Source: Octopus vulgaris
Taxonomy: Eukaryota
Direction of reading: 5' to 3'
Length of the DNA: 64,000 nt
Assembly: GCA_951406725.2 (NCBI GenBank)
Contig: OX597830.1
Location: 26,040,001 to 26,104,000, forward strand
Under the pieces are notes generated by a model. That model saw nothing but the letters and a program-made list of their open reading frames with translations, was not told where the DNA came from and made no database searches. The position numbers and the translations under genes were made by a program. Positions 1-15,364 of this stretch are shown here, piece after piece (positions within the stretch are counted from its first letter, which is position 1; each line of letters begins with the position of its first letter).

Positions 1-81
1 ATATATGTATATGCACACGCACACACACACACATATATATAAAAATATATATTCAAGACAAAATCTGGGTGTGTCCTTGCA

Positions 82-136
<55 letters not shown>

Positions 137-199
137 GGAGAAAGATAGCAACAATATATGGATATATCTTATATGTACAATTGTGGTGTGTGTGATGAA

Positions 200-262
<63 letters not shown>

Positions 263-301
263 AGAAGCAACAAGAATGGATTGGTCTTTAGTACAATTGT
301 T

Positions 302-1248
<947 letters not shown>

Positions 1249-1298
1249 AAAAAAATAATATAAAAAATGTTTTTGTTTCTGTGTGTGTTGTGTGTGTG

Positions 1299-1344
<46 letters not shown>

Positions 1345-2920
1345 ATGTGTGTGTTGTGTGTGTGTGTGTGTGCACAAGAAGTTATTCATATATACGAAAA
1401 CCATACACATACACAAACACACATATGTTTATATGTATTTATTAATGTATGTATGTATGTATGTATGTATGTAACAATTGTATGTATCTGTATATGTATT
1501 TATTAATGAGTTTGTGTCTGTGTTCATATTTCACTGATTTCGATTCTGACTTTCTTCTTTCGAGACCAATGAAATAAACACCAATTCAACCCTGAGGTCA
1601 ATGCAATCGACTATGTCCCACCCACTAAATTGCCTATTATAGAAAATTACATTATAATAACATTTGATTGGCAGTTGCGGATCACTTGACTGAGAAACGT
1701 TGTGTTATCAATCAGTTCATTTATCTTTAATATCTAATATTTTACTTGTTTCAGCCATTAGGCTGCGACCATGCTGGGGTACAGTTTTGCAGTGTTTTAA
1801 CCGACAAAATCAACTTCAGTTCTTTTAAATCTGATATTCATTCTAACAATCTCGCCGAATCGCTATTTACGGGCCGTAAACAAACCAACACTAGTTATCA
1901 AGCGGTGGTGGGTACAATAGCATGCTGTGCTTGTTTCGGTTCTCTGCGCTTGGGTTCAAATCATGCCCGGGTGAAATTTGTCTTTCTTTTCTTCGGGGTC
2001 GATAAACTATAGTATGACTCGAGTACTAGTGCCGATTCAATCATTGAACCCTTCTCCGAATTCTCGGCTTCTAACTTATGTTAGAAATTAGTATTGTAAC
2101 ATTTGGTTACAACGCCTTACGATAATTTTTCCGGTTCTTTGCGCTCTAGGTTCAATTCCTACTGAGATCACCGTTGTGTGTTATACATGAAGTACCAGCC
2201 AAGTATTGGGGTCCGTTCTATATTATTATTCGTATCCAGCTGCATTCTGCTGTGAGAAGGGCCACGAGAGCTCAGTCACAGAGTATTTTCTCCAGAAATG
2301 GTGAAGTGTTGGCGATGAATCAAGCAACCACATTTTATGGAAAACCCGATATTTTACTGAAAGGACGAAGGACAGAGATAAAGAACAGACGGAGAGTTGG
2401 CTGCTATTTCTTGCAGATTGAGCGGCCATCTACAAACTCGGTGGTTTTCTCAGTATTCCACGAACAAATGAAAGAGCTTCTAGCCGGTCACTTGATTTGC
2501 TGGAAATAACTGCTAAATCTCCATTAAATTCGGTCAATCTAGTGTCTTCATAAAGTACGGGTAACAGGAAATCAGGTTCATTGCTCATAAGGAACCAATG
2601 TCATGGTTACGAACAGAGAGCCTTTGTTCATAACTCGGTTTCATTACAGTTGAACCGGACATAAACACCAACACCTACACAACTACTACTACTGCTGCTG
2701 CTACTGCTGTTACTACTACTACTGTGACAATGTGTGCATTCTATGTAGTAGTAGTTGTTGTTATCGTCGTTGTCGTACTGTTATCGTTTAGTTTCAGGTC
2801 AAGTTTGGTCAAGCAGTGATTCCGACCATTTTTCTATCCAGGAACCTCTTTGACGACAAATCGAATCCGACTCTTACCTTCCTCCTTATATCGTCCGTAG
2901 CGATAATCAAAGGCAGGCGA

Positions 2921-3405
2921 AATGAATGCTAGCCTTTATATCACCCTCTGCAAAGAATGCTAGTATTTACAATACTTTCTACAATCAATGCTAGTTTCTA
3001 CAATATCTTCTGCAATGAATGTTAGTCTTTATAATACCTACAACAATGAATGCTAGTAATTGCAATACGTTCTGCAATCAATGCTTGTTTTTACAATATC
3101 AATATCTTCTGCAATGAATGCTAGTCTTTATAATGCTTACAACAATGAATGCTAGTAATTACAATACTTTCTACAATCAATGCTAGTTTTTACAATATCT
3201 TCTGCAATGAATGCTAGTCTTTATAATGCTTACAACAATGAATGCTAGTATTTACAATACTTCCTGCAGTCAATACTAGTCTTTATAATACCTGCAGCAA
3301 TGAATGCTTGTATATAAAGTACTCGTTGCAATTAATGCTTGTATTTACGGTACTCAATGAAATGAATACTTTCGTTCACAGCATCCACTTCAATGAATGC
3401 TTGTA
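2921..3405. repeat. 31-bp minisatellite with 93-bp higher-order repeat
   Basis: Monomers caatgaatgctagtctttataatgcttacaa / caatgaatgctagtaattacaatactttcta / caatcaatgctagtttttacaatatcttctg cycle A-B-C about three times and degenerate at the edges. Confidence 0.85.
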
Positions 3406-3641
3406 CTGTATTTTTTAGATCGGTACTGTACTATTGCAACAGTTGATATTTTGCATTAGGTTAGAAACTCTTTAGGTTTGGAATGCATGTTTTGTACTTA
3501 AGATGAAATGTTGACAACAACTACAATACAACTTATTCACAGAGGAGACAACAATTAAAATAAAACCCAATAATAAGCAATTCATAATTACATATATAAT
3601 TATATACGACAAACAGGTTAATAAAATTCTGTCGATATAAA

Positions 3642-3679
<38 letters not shown>

Positions 3680-4400
3680 TTTATTTTTTATTTTATTTTA
3701 TGTTGTATGTTTTCCGTTTTTGTTTTAAATGAATCATGGCTCACGATTTAATCACCTATTTCCAGATATTTTGAGCGTATATGCCCTCTATTACTGGTTG
3801 TTGTTTTCATCCATCCATATTCATGAGTTGAAAGACAACGACAACCATAATCACCATCACTACCACCATCACAACAAAAATAACAATAACGACAGTAAAT
3901 CGAAGGAAAAAAAGACAAAAAACAAGCTAACAATGTCATAATAAAATGTCGACAATAACAACAAATAATAAAACAAATCAATGATTGCAACAAAAAAATA
4001 AATAAATAAACCGACAATCATAAAACTTTAATTATAAGTACAACAACGACATCAATAACAAGAAGGAGACCAACGGTCATTGGGAATAAGACAGATAGAC
4101 AAATATACGCTGACGCATAACTCTGAAAGGAAAAATCATCATAAACCAATAAATATAATAAAATAAAAGAGGTAGCATACAAATATTACGTTAGAGATAT
4201 CATGTTTTGTATTTCAATAAATACAGACGACAGGATGATATCAAGTTTTGGATTTCAATAAATATGGACGACATATTTGTTAATCTAACGGCAAACACCC
4301 ATTTACATTCGTGGTTAGCGTTATGTATGTGACTCAGTGTGTGTTTGTATTTGTGTGTGTGTAAATTGTGTGTATTGTGTAAACAAGTATACATATTTAA

Positions 4401-4442
<42 letters not shown>

Positions 4443-4576
4443 GAATACATACATACACCCACACAATTATGCGTAAGTGAGAAGATGCTTCCGCATTTCT
4501 TTCTGAGTTTGCACGCTCAGACCCTCAAATATGACTCTCTGTATGTATGTGCATGTAATGTATGTATGTGTCTATG

Positions 4577-4686
<110 letters not shown>

Positions 4687-4740
4687 ATTTATGTGTATGT
4701 ATAAATACATATACATACATGTATATATACATATATATAC

Positions 4741-4840
<100 letters not shown>

Positions 4841-5359
4841 TTATATGATGAGGAGAGAGAGAGAGAGAATAGATTGATAGTTTGATATATATAGATAAAT
4901 AGATAGATAGACATATGGTACGCACACACAGGCATACATACAACAAAGCTAATTAGATGACTACAGATAAAAGCTGTCAATGGAAAAGCCGAAATATATA
5001 AAACTTTACAAAAGTTTAGCATGTAAGTTCATATGCATATGACTAGACATGCAATTACATCTATGAGCATACATATGTAAAACTAAATTTACAATTCTTC
5101 ACGTACTAACTTCAAAAACTCGCACATATGCACAGATACATAGAAAAATCTTTCGTTGTTGACATTATTGAAATTCCAATAAAGGAGCCTTGAATCTAGG
5201 TTAGAAATCGACCCTTTCTCAATTGGTGAGAAATGTAGAAATAAATCTAAATAATCACGACATAATTGTATGCTTATGAACATATATTGGCACAGTTATG
5301 TTGATGCAATTATTAATGGATCATTGCAAGGATTACGCAGAAAAGCGAAGCAGCTCGTA

Positions 5360-5398
<39 letters not shown>

Positions 5399-5604
5399 CA
5401 CACACGCATACATGCACATACATACACACACAAACACATAGATACACATACACACAAGCATACACACGAATAAACACACATTCACATACATACGCACACA
5501 CACATACACACACGCGCTCACTCACACACACACATATACATATACGCACATAAACACACACACAAACTCACACACACACACACTCATACACACACATAGA
5601 TGTA

Positions 5605-5855
5605 CAGTAATTTCTACGAATGCTGTTACATTTACGCATTCATTACGGTGGTTTCAACAATGCATATTTCAAACACATAATGAATATAAATGCTTTATTT
5701 ATATTTCTTTGGTGTGATGAACATGAATCACAATTAATGTACTGTAATATTACACAATCATTTATATTCATGGTGTTCTGAACCATGTATTGTTGAAACG
5801 ATCGGAATCAAAGCATAAAGATGTTATATCATCATCGGCATTCTTAGATTCACTG
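5605..5855. mobile_element. Fold-back / MITE-like element
   Basis: Imperfect inverted arms: cagtaatttctacgaatgctg vs cggcattcttagattcactg, and gtttcaacaatgcat...tgaatataaatg vs catttatattca...atgtattgttgaaac. Confidence 0.6.
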
Positions 5856-6003
5856 TGTTAACTCCACAACTAAAAAGTTATGAAACAGTTTCTTGCAACA
5901 AAAATTTGTTCAAAGTTATGCACTCTGTTATCGCCAACGATAACTGAGGAAATCACTCGCATTCATAAATAACCGTTACGCTGATATGCATACACACACA
6001 CTA

Positions 6004-6055
<52 letters not shown>

Positions 6056-6228
6056 ATATATAATCATAGCGGATACCGTTTTCGCTTTTATCGGTGTTAA
6101 ACCTTGTTTAGCCAGAGTGAACTTTGATGAAGCTGTAGTTAAGATTTAATATATTAACTGTGTAACAAAACTTGAACGTGCAAATCTCCGTCCTCTTGAC
6201 CTTTATTAATTTTAGTATATATATATAC

Positions 6229-6293
<65 letters not shown>

Positions 6294-6672
6294 ATATATA
6301 TATACATACATACATATATATATGTTATATATATGTTATATATATATGTATATATATATATATACATGTATATATATAGATCGATAGATATATATACATA
6401 TATGAATATATATATGTGTGTGAGTGTGTGTAGAAATATATATATAGAGAGAGAGAGATAGAGACAGTTGAAACATTCCTATCACAACCTGGGACCTTGA
6501 AGTCTGCTTAAATGCAAGAAAGTATACTAGTCCCTTAATATTTGATATTCAATATTTCATCTATTCAATAAGACAATCAATACTTCGTTTCATTTTACTA
6601 TATATACTATATACTACATTAATATTATATGAATATAAATAAAACATAAAAAACAGAGTTGAAATTCCTTTG

Positions 6673-6759
<87 letters not shown>

Positions 6760-6937
6760 TTCGGCCAGCATTGGCCCAGGCCATGTCTTATAGCACCACC
6801 TGGCAAAGTCATTCAAATCTGGAATCGGAATTTAGTTTGTAGAAAGTCTGCAGGTTAGTCGCCATGGTTTATTTTACTTCTATCCTTTTGTCTTCTCTTC
6901 TCTTGATTTTGTTTTGTTTCAGATATATCTATATCTA

Positions 6938-7059
<122 letters not shown>

Positions 7060-7225
7060 TCTAATGCTCTTAGCTTAGTTTTTCCTTGGGGCTGGCCAGA
7101 TTGGAGTAATCTCAAGATTAATCTGCCGAAATTGCGAGGATGATCCGGTTCTTGACTGAGGATAGAAAGCTTTTTTTGTATCGGCTATTTTTGTATCGGA
7201 TGTTTTGCGTTCTTGTCCCATTTTG

Positions 7226-7309
<84 letters not shown>

Positions 7310-7310
7310 G

Positions 7311-7346
<36 letters not shown>

Positions 7347-7678
7347 TTCTTTCTTATGTGTGTGAGGCTTTGATTATCTGAAGATATTAAAGAAGTGTGT
7401 AAATGAAGTGTATATATAGATATATTTTCTTTTAGGGGTGAGAGTTTTTTTTATTATTTGCTTGTTTGTTTTCGGTATTATTTATTGTTAAATAAAAATT
7501 CGTACTTCCAAGTTTGAATGTAAACATGTGGTTACGAATATATATATATAAACGGTCAGTTTGGCTTTGTGGCTGTGTGGCTTCCTATTGACTTGGCAGA
7601 GCGAAACAAAACACGTGTGTACAGTTCAAGAGTAAAATATAAATATATAATTATACATACATACATACATACATACAT

Positions 7679-7725
<47 letters not shown>

Positions 7726-7831
7726 CACACATATATATGGTGTGAATTTACAAAAAAAACAAAATAAAGACAAAGACGGGAGTGTAAACAAACAGATGTA
7801 TTAGTTTAACGCTCGGGAAGTGAGAACAATT

Positions 7832-8170
7832 ATTTGACTGCGGGCATGCTGGAGCATCGCCTTTAGTCGAGCTAATCGACCCCAGGACTTATTCTTTGTA
7901 AGCCTAGTACTTATTCTATCGGTCTCTTTTGCCCAACCGCTAAGTTACGAGTACGTAAACACACCAGCATTGGTTGTCAAGCGATGCAGGGGGGACAAAC
8001 ACAGACACACAAACATACACAAACACCAACACACACACACAGACACATACACACAGACGCGCGCACACACACACACACACAGACACACACACACACGCAC
8101 ATATATATATACGACGGGCTTCTTTCAGTTTCCGTCTACCAAGTCCACTTACCAGGGGTCGATAAATTAA
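7832..8170 (-). mobile_element. tRNA-derived SINE family A (5' truncated, internal microsatellite)
   Basis: Reverse complement of the family seen at 28875-29336 (gaagcccgtcg-(TA/CA)n-tgtttgtccccc...gctccagcatg). Confidence 0.8.
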
Positions 8171-8929
8171 GTACCAGTTGCGTTCTGGGGTCGATCTAAT
8201 CGACTGGACCACTTCCCTCAAATTTCGGGCCTTGTGCCTAGAATAGAAAATTATATATGTGTGTGTGTATGTGTATGTATGTATGTATGTATGTATGTAT
8301 GTATTTATGCACTGTTTCGTAATAAAAATAGACAGCAGAACTGAAGCCATCCGCATCCGGTATGTTAATCGTAAATTTTTTGAGACGTGGGAAAATTTGC
8401 CGCAAATTTGCTTGACATTTCCACTCTTTCAAGTGACCTCATCCGGTGTATTTTCTTGTGTTCGACGTTGCATGAAAGTACTTATTACTCTGTATTTTAC
8501 CTTTTTATTTAAAATTAAATTTGAGTTTTTACGCTTCCTCATAGTCCATATTAGGAATTTTACGATAGCAAGAATATTTACTACGAAATTTCCAATTATT
8601 CAAAACATGAGTATAAATAATTTTTTCATTCGTCTTATTCAATGTAAGGAAATTACAAAATTACTCACCTGTCAAAGTGAGTGTGTAGGTATTTGTGTGT
8701 AGGTATTGAATGCATGGGTGCGTGTGCATGTATGATTGTATCAATATATACATACACACACACACACACATACATATATATACGATGGGCTTCTTTCAGT
8801 TTCCGTCTACCAAATCCACTCGCAAGGCTTTAGTCGGGACGAGGCTATAGTAGAAGACACTTGCCTAAGGTCTGAACCCATAACCATGTGGTTGGTAAAC
8901 AAGCTACTTACCACACAGCCACTCCTACG

Positions 8930-9015
<86 letters not shown>

Positions 9016-9040
9016 GTATTTATGAATGTATATATGATCA

Positions 9041-9366
9041 AGTTAGAAAACAGAGTTCTAATGGATTCAAATTAATTTATTAATTAATAAACATATTCAC
9101 GTTCAATTGTTTCATTTCAGAAACAAAATTAAAATTGCAAAACGTATATAAATATATAATTTTGCATTTTAAATACCTTGTCTGGAAAATCATAGGGGTG
9201 TACAAAGGACCCTTTTGCATTTCAAAGATATTTGAAATGCAAAATTATATATTTATATATGTTTTGCAATGTTAATTTTGTTTCTGAAATGAAACAATTG
9301 AAGGTGAATATGTTGTGTAGCTTATATATTAATTTGAATCCATTAGATCTCTTTATTTTCTAACTC
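9041..9366. repeat. Long inverted repeat (~135-bp arms, ~45-bp spacer)
   Basis: agttagaaaa...aatggattcaaattaat...ttcaattgtttcatttcagaaacaaaattaa...ttttgcatttt is mirrored at 9230-9366. Confidence 0.85.
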
Positions 9367-9519
9367 CATACTATTGTTTGATATTTTATATAATATTTTC
9401 ATTGTAGAAATATCTCTTCAATATATATATTAAACCAGTGTATCTTGGATTAAAAACCCTACAAGAGATTCAAATATCCTCATTGTGGCTATATATATAT
9501 ATGTGTGTGTATGCATATG

Positions 9520-9553
<34 letters not shown>

Positions 9554-9554
9554 T

Positions 9555-9635
<81 letters not shown>

Positions 9636-9663
9636 GTATATATGTATGTACACAGACACATAC

Positions 9664-9696
<33 letters not shown>

Positions 9697-9789
9697 ATGA
9701 ATTCAAATAATCAATTCCAATAAACGAATAGCGTTAACGACAAGAGGATGTGCACAAGAATTGTAGTAGTTTCACGCACAGCGAAAAGA

Positions 9790-9824
9790 GTTTGAAGTTC
9801 CGAGCATAGCTCTTCGTCGGAAAG
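9790..9824 (-). ncRNA. Degenerate minimal type I hammerhead-like motif
   Basis: Minus strand reads cttt CCGACGA a gagc tat gctc GGAA cttc aaac. Same family as 44252-44286, with GAAA mutated. Confidence 0.5.
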
Positions 9825-10040
9825 GAGAAAGGGAAAAGTTCAAAGAAAAGAAGGCAATCGCCAACAACACGAGTTTAATTACATTGCCGTGTGACCATGA
9901 ATATTTACAACTTAGATGAATTCGTCTGTCATCTGATGACAGACTATAACAGAGATTTAACGAAAAAAACAAAAGACGAAGACAGGTGGTGTACAAAGCA
10001 AACAGCTGTATTAGTATAACGTTCAGGAATAGAAAAAGTA

Positions 10041-10074
10041 TTTTACGTTTCGAGCCTACGCTCTTCTACAGAAA
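10041..10074 (-). ncRNA. Minimal type I hammerhead-like motif, variant core CUGUAGA
   Basis: Minus strand reads ttt CTGTAGA a gagc gtag gctc GAAA cg TA aaa. Stems I and II are present and stem III is palindromic (ACGT). Confidence 0.6.
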
Positions 10075-10408
10075 GGGACACAGAAAAAAACAAAGAAACA
10101 AGGGGAGAAAATACTGTGTGTAGTGGCTAACGATCTATCCCATGTTATAATCTGTGACGGCTAATACATTGCAGCTTATGTAAAGGAATCATGAGATAGA
10201 CAGATAGATATAGATTGAATAGACAGATGGATAAGGACGTGTATATATATATATATATATAGTTGAAATTTACAAGAAAACAACAGACGAAGACAGGTGT
10301 ATAAACAACAAGAAAGTGTATTAGTTTGACGCTCGGTAAGGTATCTACATATATACATATACTCATATATAGATACATAGATACGTAGGGGTAGGTATAT
10401 ACACACAT

Positions 10409-10497
<89 letters not shown>

Positions 10498-10571
10498 CAT
10501 ATATGTATACATATATACTGATAGCTATGTATATATAGGTGAGAAAGTTGGTGTGTGAAAGCACGTGGTTG

Positions 10572-11968
10572 AATATATAGAAAATAGTAAAAAGTGAAAA
10601 AACTACAGAAGGCTTGTTTTAGAAGGTTAAAAAATATATATTTGAATTATTATGTCTGAAGAATGTTATAAATTTTTTTCATACAATGACATAGTTTTTT
10701 AAGAAAGACCGGTTTCGCGTTCAGCTTTTCAAATTTCTTACATCGTTATGTTTACGTTGAGAAGTGTGAAGGAGAGTGAATGAGAGTTCCAGATAGGGGG
10801 AGGTAATAAGTGATTTCTGCCGGTGTAAGGGAGATAATCGCTTAATATTTCTTGCCTTTCTTTTGGAGTGAGTTTCTCTGTATAAGAATGTTGGAATGGT
10901 TAAGTTTGGGCTTGTATTTTTGACGGTAAAATATATTGTCAAACTTGAAGTGGTTATTATGTAGGATGAATTCAATTGATTTAGTAATGAATTCTTTACT
11001 GATCCTTTTGGTATTTCTTCCGGAAATTGGTCCAGCCAGAACTATATTGCCTCTAGTCCATAATTATGAGGTATACTGGTATATAAGTTAACTACATCAA
11101 ATGAAACCATGATTGTTTCTTCCTTGGCTTTTTTTGGAAGGTGGTTTAACATATCTAAGTCATCTCTGATATAGCTATCGATATGTTTAAGGAAGGGTTT
11201 CAGGAGGATGTCCATAAATAGACTTAGTCTGTGTGTTTCACAGGTTGGGCCAGCTACAATTGGTCGTAGTTTTAGGTCCCCCGGGTTAGGTGTGTGTATG
11301 TATGTCTTTGGTGATTTTTTAATGGTTTCATTTATAATTTGGCTTTTATGAATTTTTGGAGACCATAGAAGAGGCTAGGCTTGCATTTAAAGTTTGTTAG
11401 AAAGTCAATCTCTTTGGTTGTTAGTTCCTTTTCATGGGTTTTAACTAGTGAAGATAGAGTTTTCATTATTTTTGTGGGGTGTAGTTGGTGAGCTTTTCAT
11501 AATGTCGACAACAGATTGCATTCCCAGAATACAGAATGATACCCTTTAGTGAGCACATTGAGAAATGCGCAAAGCAACTACTACCACCATTTTTAATCTT
11601 TCCATTTTACCAATGTGCTATCGGAACACCAACACAAATTAGACTAAACAAGGAAACATTCTTCATTGAAAAATACAAGCCCAAACATAATCATTCCAAC
11701 ATTCTTATACAGAGAAACTCACTCCAAAAGAAAGGCAAGAAATATTAAGCGATTATCTCCCTTACACCGGAAGAAATCACTTATTACCTCCCCTTATCTG
11801 GAACTCTCTTTCACTCTCCTTCACACTTCTCAACGTAAACATAACGATGTAAGAAACTATGTCATTGTATGAAAAAAAATTATAACATTCTTCAGACATA
11901 ATAACTCAAATATATATTTTTTAACCTTCTAAAACAAGCCTTCTGTAGTTTTTTCACTTTTTGCTATT

Positions 11969-11972
<4 letters not shown>
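10572..11972 (-). mobile_element. Penelope-like element: RT fragment with inverted pseudo-LTRs
   Basis: Minus strand ~11480-10920 encodes LRPIVAGPTCETHRLSLFMDILLKPFLKHIDSYIRDDLDML...VSFDVVNLYTSIPHNYG...FYRQK (PLE RT). Plus strand 11510-11700 encodes the GIY-YIG C-terminus (RLNKETFFIEKYKPK). 10572-10920 is an inverted copy of ~11670-11972. Flanked by (TA)n. Confidence 0.9.
10701..10739 (-). ncRNA. Minimal hammerhead motif in PLE pseudo-LTR (degenerate core)
   Basis: Minus strand reads aagaaa t TTGAAAA gc tgaac gc GAAA ccgg TC tttctt: 6-bp stem I, palindromic stem III, GUC site. The core deviates from CUGANGA. Confidence 0.6.
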
Positions 11973-12007
<35 letters not shown>

Positions 12008-12030
12008 GATAGATAAACAGATAGACAGAC

Positions 12031-12144
<114 letters not shown>

Positions 12145-12149
12145 GGTCA

Positions 12150-12862
12150 TTCAACCATTCATCGACACCTGCATGCGAACGGAAAAGTCACCAATTAGGT
12201 CATTGGTTTTTCTCACAAACTGTCCAAGCATAATCGCGCGTAGCGAGTGAGTCTGTGACCTTCTTTGCTGTCACGTCTCACGCCGAATACAGTAGGTAGG
12301 AAAAGAATAAAAATCGGCTCTCCGGGCTAAAGAAGGTCTCTGTTTGGTGAAGTATGAAAGGTTAAGTCCACTTTGAACTTTTAAACCCAAACCAAACTAT
12401 AACAAATGAGATCTACTGCAAGCAGCTTGAACAGCTTAAGTTATCGCTAGAAGAAAAATGATCTATCCTATCAAAGCGAAAGGTGTTCTTCCAGCAGGGT
12501 ATGCTAACATACAGCGGGGATTACATTCCAAAGGCTGGAGCAATTTGAATGGGAAACGATGCCCCGTCCATCATATTCGCCGGACATTGCCCCAATTGAT
12601 TATCCTTTATTTCGCAGTGTTCAATATCATTTGGACAGAAAATATATGAATTCCGTAGACGAAGTCAGAACAGTACTGGAGAAAAATTCTCTTTTGTGGA
12701 CAAGTGAATTTTGGAAGAGGGGCCTTGTAAGTCTACCAGATACATGGAAGAGCATTGTAGAAAATGGATAGTGTATTTTAGAATAAAAAAGAACTTTGTT
12801 TATCTTAATTTTCAAAAAATAAAAGTATAAAAAACCACATTATTTATTTGATGACCCAATAT
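12150..12862 (+). mobile_element. Degenerate mariner transposase 3' part with terminal repeat
   Basis: PRPSYSPDIAPIDYPLFRSVQYHLD resembles the mariner YSPDLAPSDY motif. Ends in TIR-like cattatttatttgatgacccaata. Confidence 0.8.
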
Positions 12863-13990
12863 ACATACATACATATCTATGTGTGTGTATGTGTGTGTGT
12901 GTGTTTATAGATATATATACACGTGTACGTCAGTAGAAATTTACACATACATATAAATTTAAGAATGTGGTGATGGGTCATTGCAGCTATCCTATTGCGA
13001 TGCGTATTTATCATGGAAATGAAGCTAAATATTTATAATTAGAAATATAAACCTTTATGGCCATTTCACCTAAAACAATCACGCCAGTGATGAGGGATTA
13101 ATTATGGATCGATATTATATCACATACTTAATTAAATCTGCTACGCCCTTTTCCCTATGACAAGTATTATTTTTTGTCAATTAAAAAAAAACATCCTGTA
13201 GCAGATGTCATTGATTATTCATGTAGCTGATTAGAATGCATTTCTACATGAGTGTCAGTAATTGGTAATGTCTTGGAATATTTCATAAAGACGACGTCAG
13301 AGTTAGGGATGGTATTGAATGGCCGACGAGTTGATATAGCGACAGTTTTCCTGCTTCCGGCTTCCGGTAACTATTTTATGACTTTAGAGAAGACACGTAA
13401 CTCTGTTTGCCTTCAGTTTGATTTTCGGATCAATAAATATGTGAACACTGAAATTTTCATAAATACTGACTTATAACATGCAAAACGAAATTGTTCACTC
13501 TCTTATCCTTACACAAAACAAATACGCACACACGCATGCGCACGCACACATTCAAAAAAGCAAACAGGCGCTACTTGTCTTTCCTCTAAATAGCTTTAAG
13601 TCATGCAGGAGTGTTTACCTTGTCAAATACGAGGTCCCCATTACTTCTAGTTTTATGTCACATTTATGATCAAAGTAAAAAATTGCAGACGTATTTTATC
13701 ATTTATCAGGAAAGTTAAAAATTACTAGCATGAATCACATGGGAAGTATTATACTTGTTTAAAATAAACTACGTTCAGGTTTTAAAATTTTGAAACAATG
13801 TAGCGAAAAATATTGTCTATCTTCTTTTTATTTATCATGTATAAATTCATATATAGGTGTATGTATGTATATATTTATACACACACACACACACATATAT
13901 ATGTATATAGAGAGATAAATAGAAATAGATACAAATGTATATATATATATGCATTTATGTATGCCTCTCTCTCTGTATATGTGTGTGTAT

Positions 13991-14049
<59 letters not shown>

Positions 14050-15233
14050 TGTGACCTCCTTCGGTCAAAAAAGTTACTCTCCGTCTGGCCAAGGTTGATT
14101 ATGGAAGAGCAGCAGTTGCCCACGCATACCAGCCTCTCCTCTCCACGCCAGCAATGTTATCCAAGGGAAAGGTAAAGGCCGATACAGCTTGGCATATATA
14201 CATACATTTACACATACATACATGTAAATCCTTATACCGGTATATATACAAATATATATGTGTGTAAATGTGTGAGTGTGTGTTTTCCATCTGCCATATC
14301 GTTTGTCACCCAAGACAACTTACTTGGCCATACGTTGGGTTACTCATTGGATAACACTGAAATCACAGGTATTATCCTAAATTTTTCCTCCTTCCAAATC
14401 AATGTCTAAACAAAGACTAGGGGTCTTTCACTCCCAGCTGTTGGATGACCATTTATTTTATTGAGTTTATTTGCCCATCGCACTGCGGGGTCAGGGTTTT
14501 CAATAAAATCGATCCTCCTTACTAAACGGACTTCGTAACAGCCAGACCAGGGAACACGTTGTACTGGGTGGTAGGTTAGCAACAGTGCAAAGTGATCTAA
14601 CATACATATATACATGAACAATTGGAAACGTACATACATGCATGCGTTCATACATACATACGTACATACCTGCATACATAGTATATGTATTCATTCATAC
14701 ATGGGTATATGCGCACATATAAACTTACATTCAGACAAACATACATGCATTCATGTATCCATGCTGGCATACATGTATGCTCTCATATATGTTTCGAGGC
14801 ACACATTCACAAACATGCTTCATTATCTGCTTACATCCCTGCCATACATAATCTGGTAGCAAAATGAGAACTTATTAATCATTCTAACCGCTTTCTTAAA
14901 ATCCAGGAAGACAAATTATATTGGAACAAATAGCTGAACTCTAAATTCCTCTAAATATCAAACGTACCATTGTTCTCAGAGACAAAAGATTATGTTTAGT
15001 AACAGTTAGGCACAAATGAAGGATTTCACTGAAATATTTCTCGAGAATCATTATCGGTAGCCTAGCAACAGCTATGCATTTGTAGCATCATTAAAATGCG
15101 ATTTAATTAAATGTATGTATTTTTGCATGTATGGATGTATCTGTGTGTGTGTCAATGTACATTAGCATGGTGTATGTAAACATACACGTACATATTTACC
15201 TATGCTTCTGCATAAACACACACACACACACAA

Positions 15234-15265
<32 letters not shown>

Positions 15266-15287
15266 ATGTGCGCACGCACACACACAC

Positions 15288-15363
<76 letters not shown>

Positions 15364-15364
15364 C

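Noticed and set aside
2921-3405. CRISPR-like regularly spaced repeat
   Set aside because: The monomers are contiguous and homologous throughout, with no unique spacers, no cas genes, and a eukaryotic context.
9280-9305. Hammerhead from ctgaaatgaaacaattg
   Set aside because: There is no room for stem II and no stem I pairing. Chance match.
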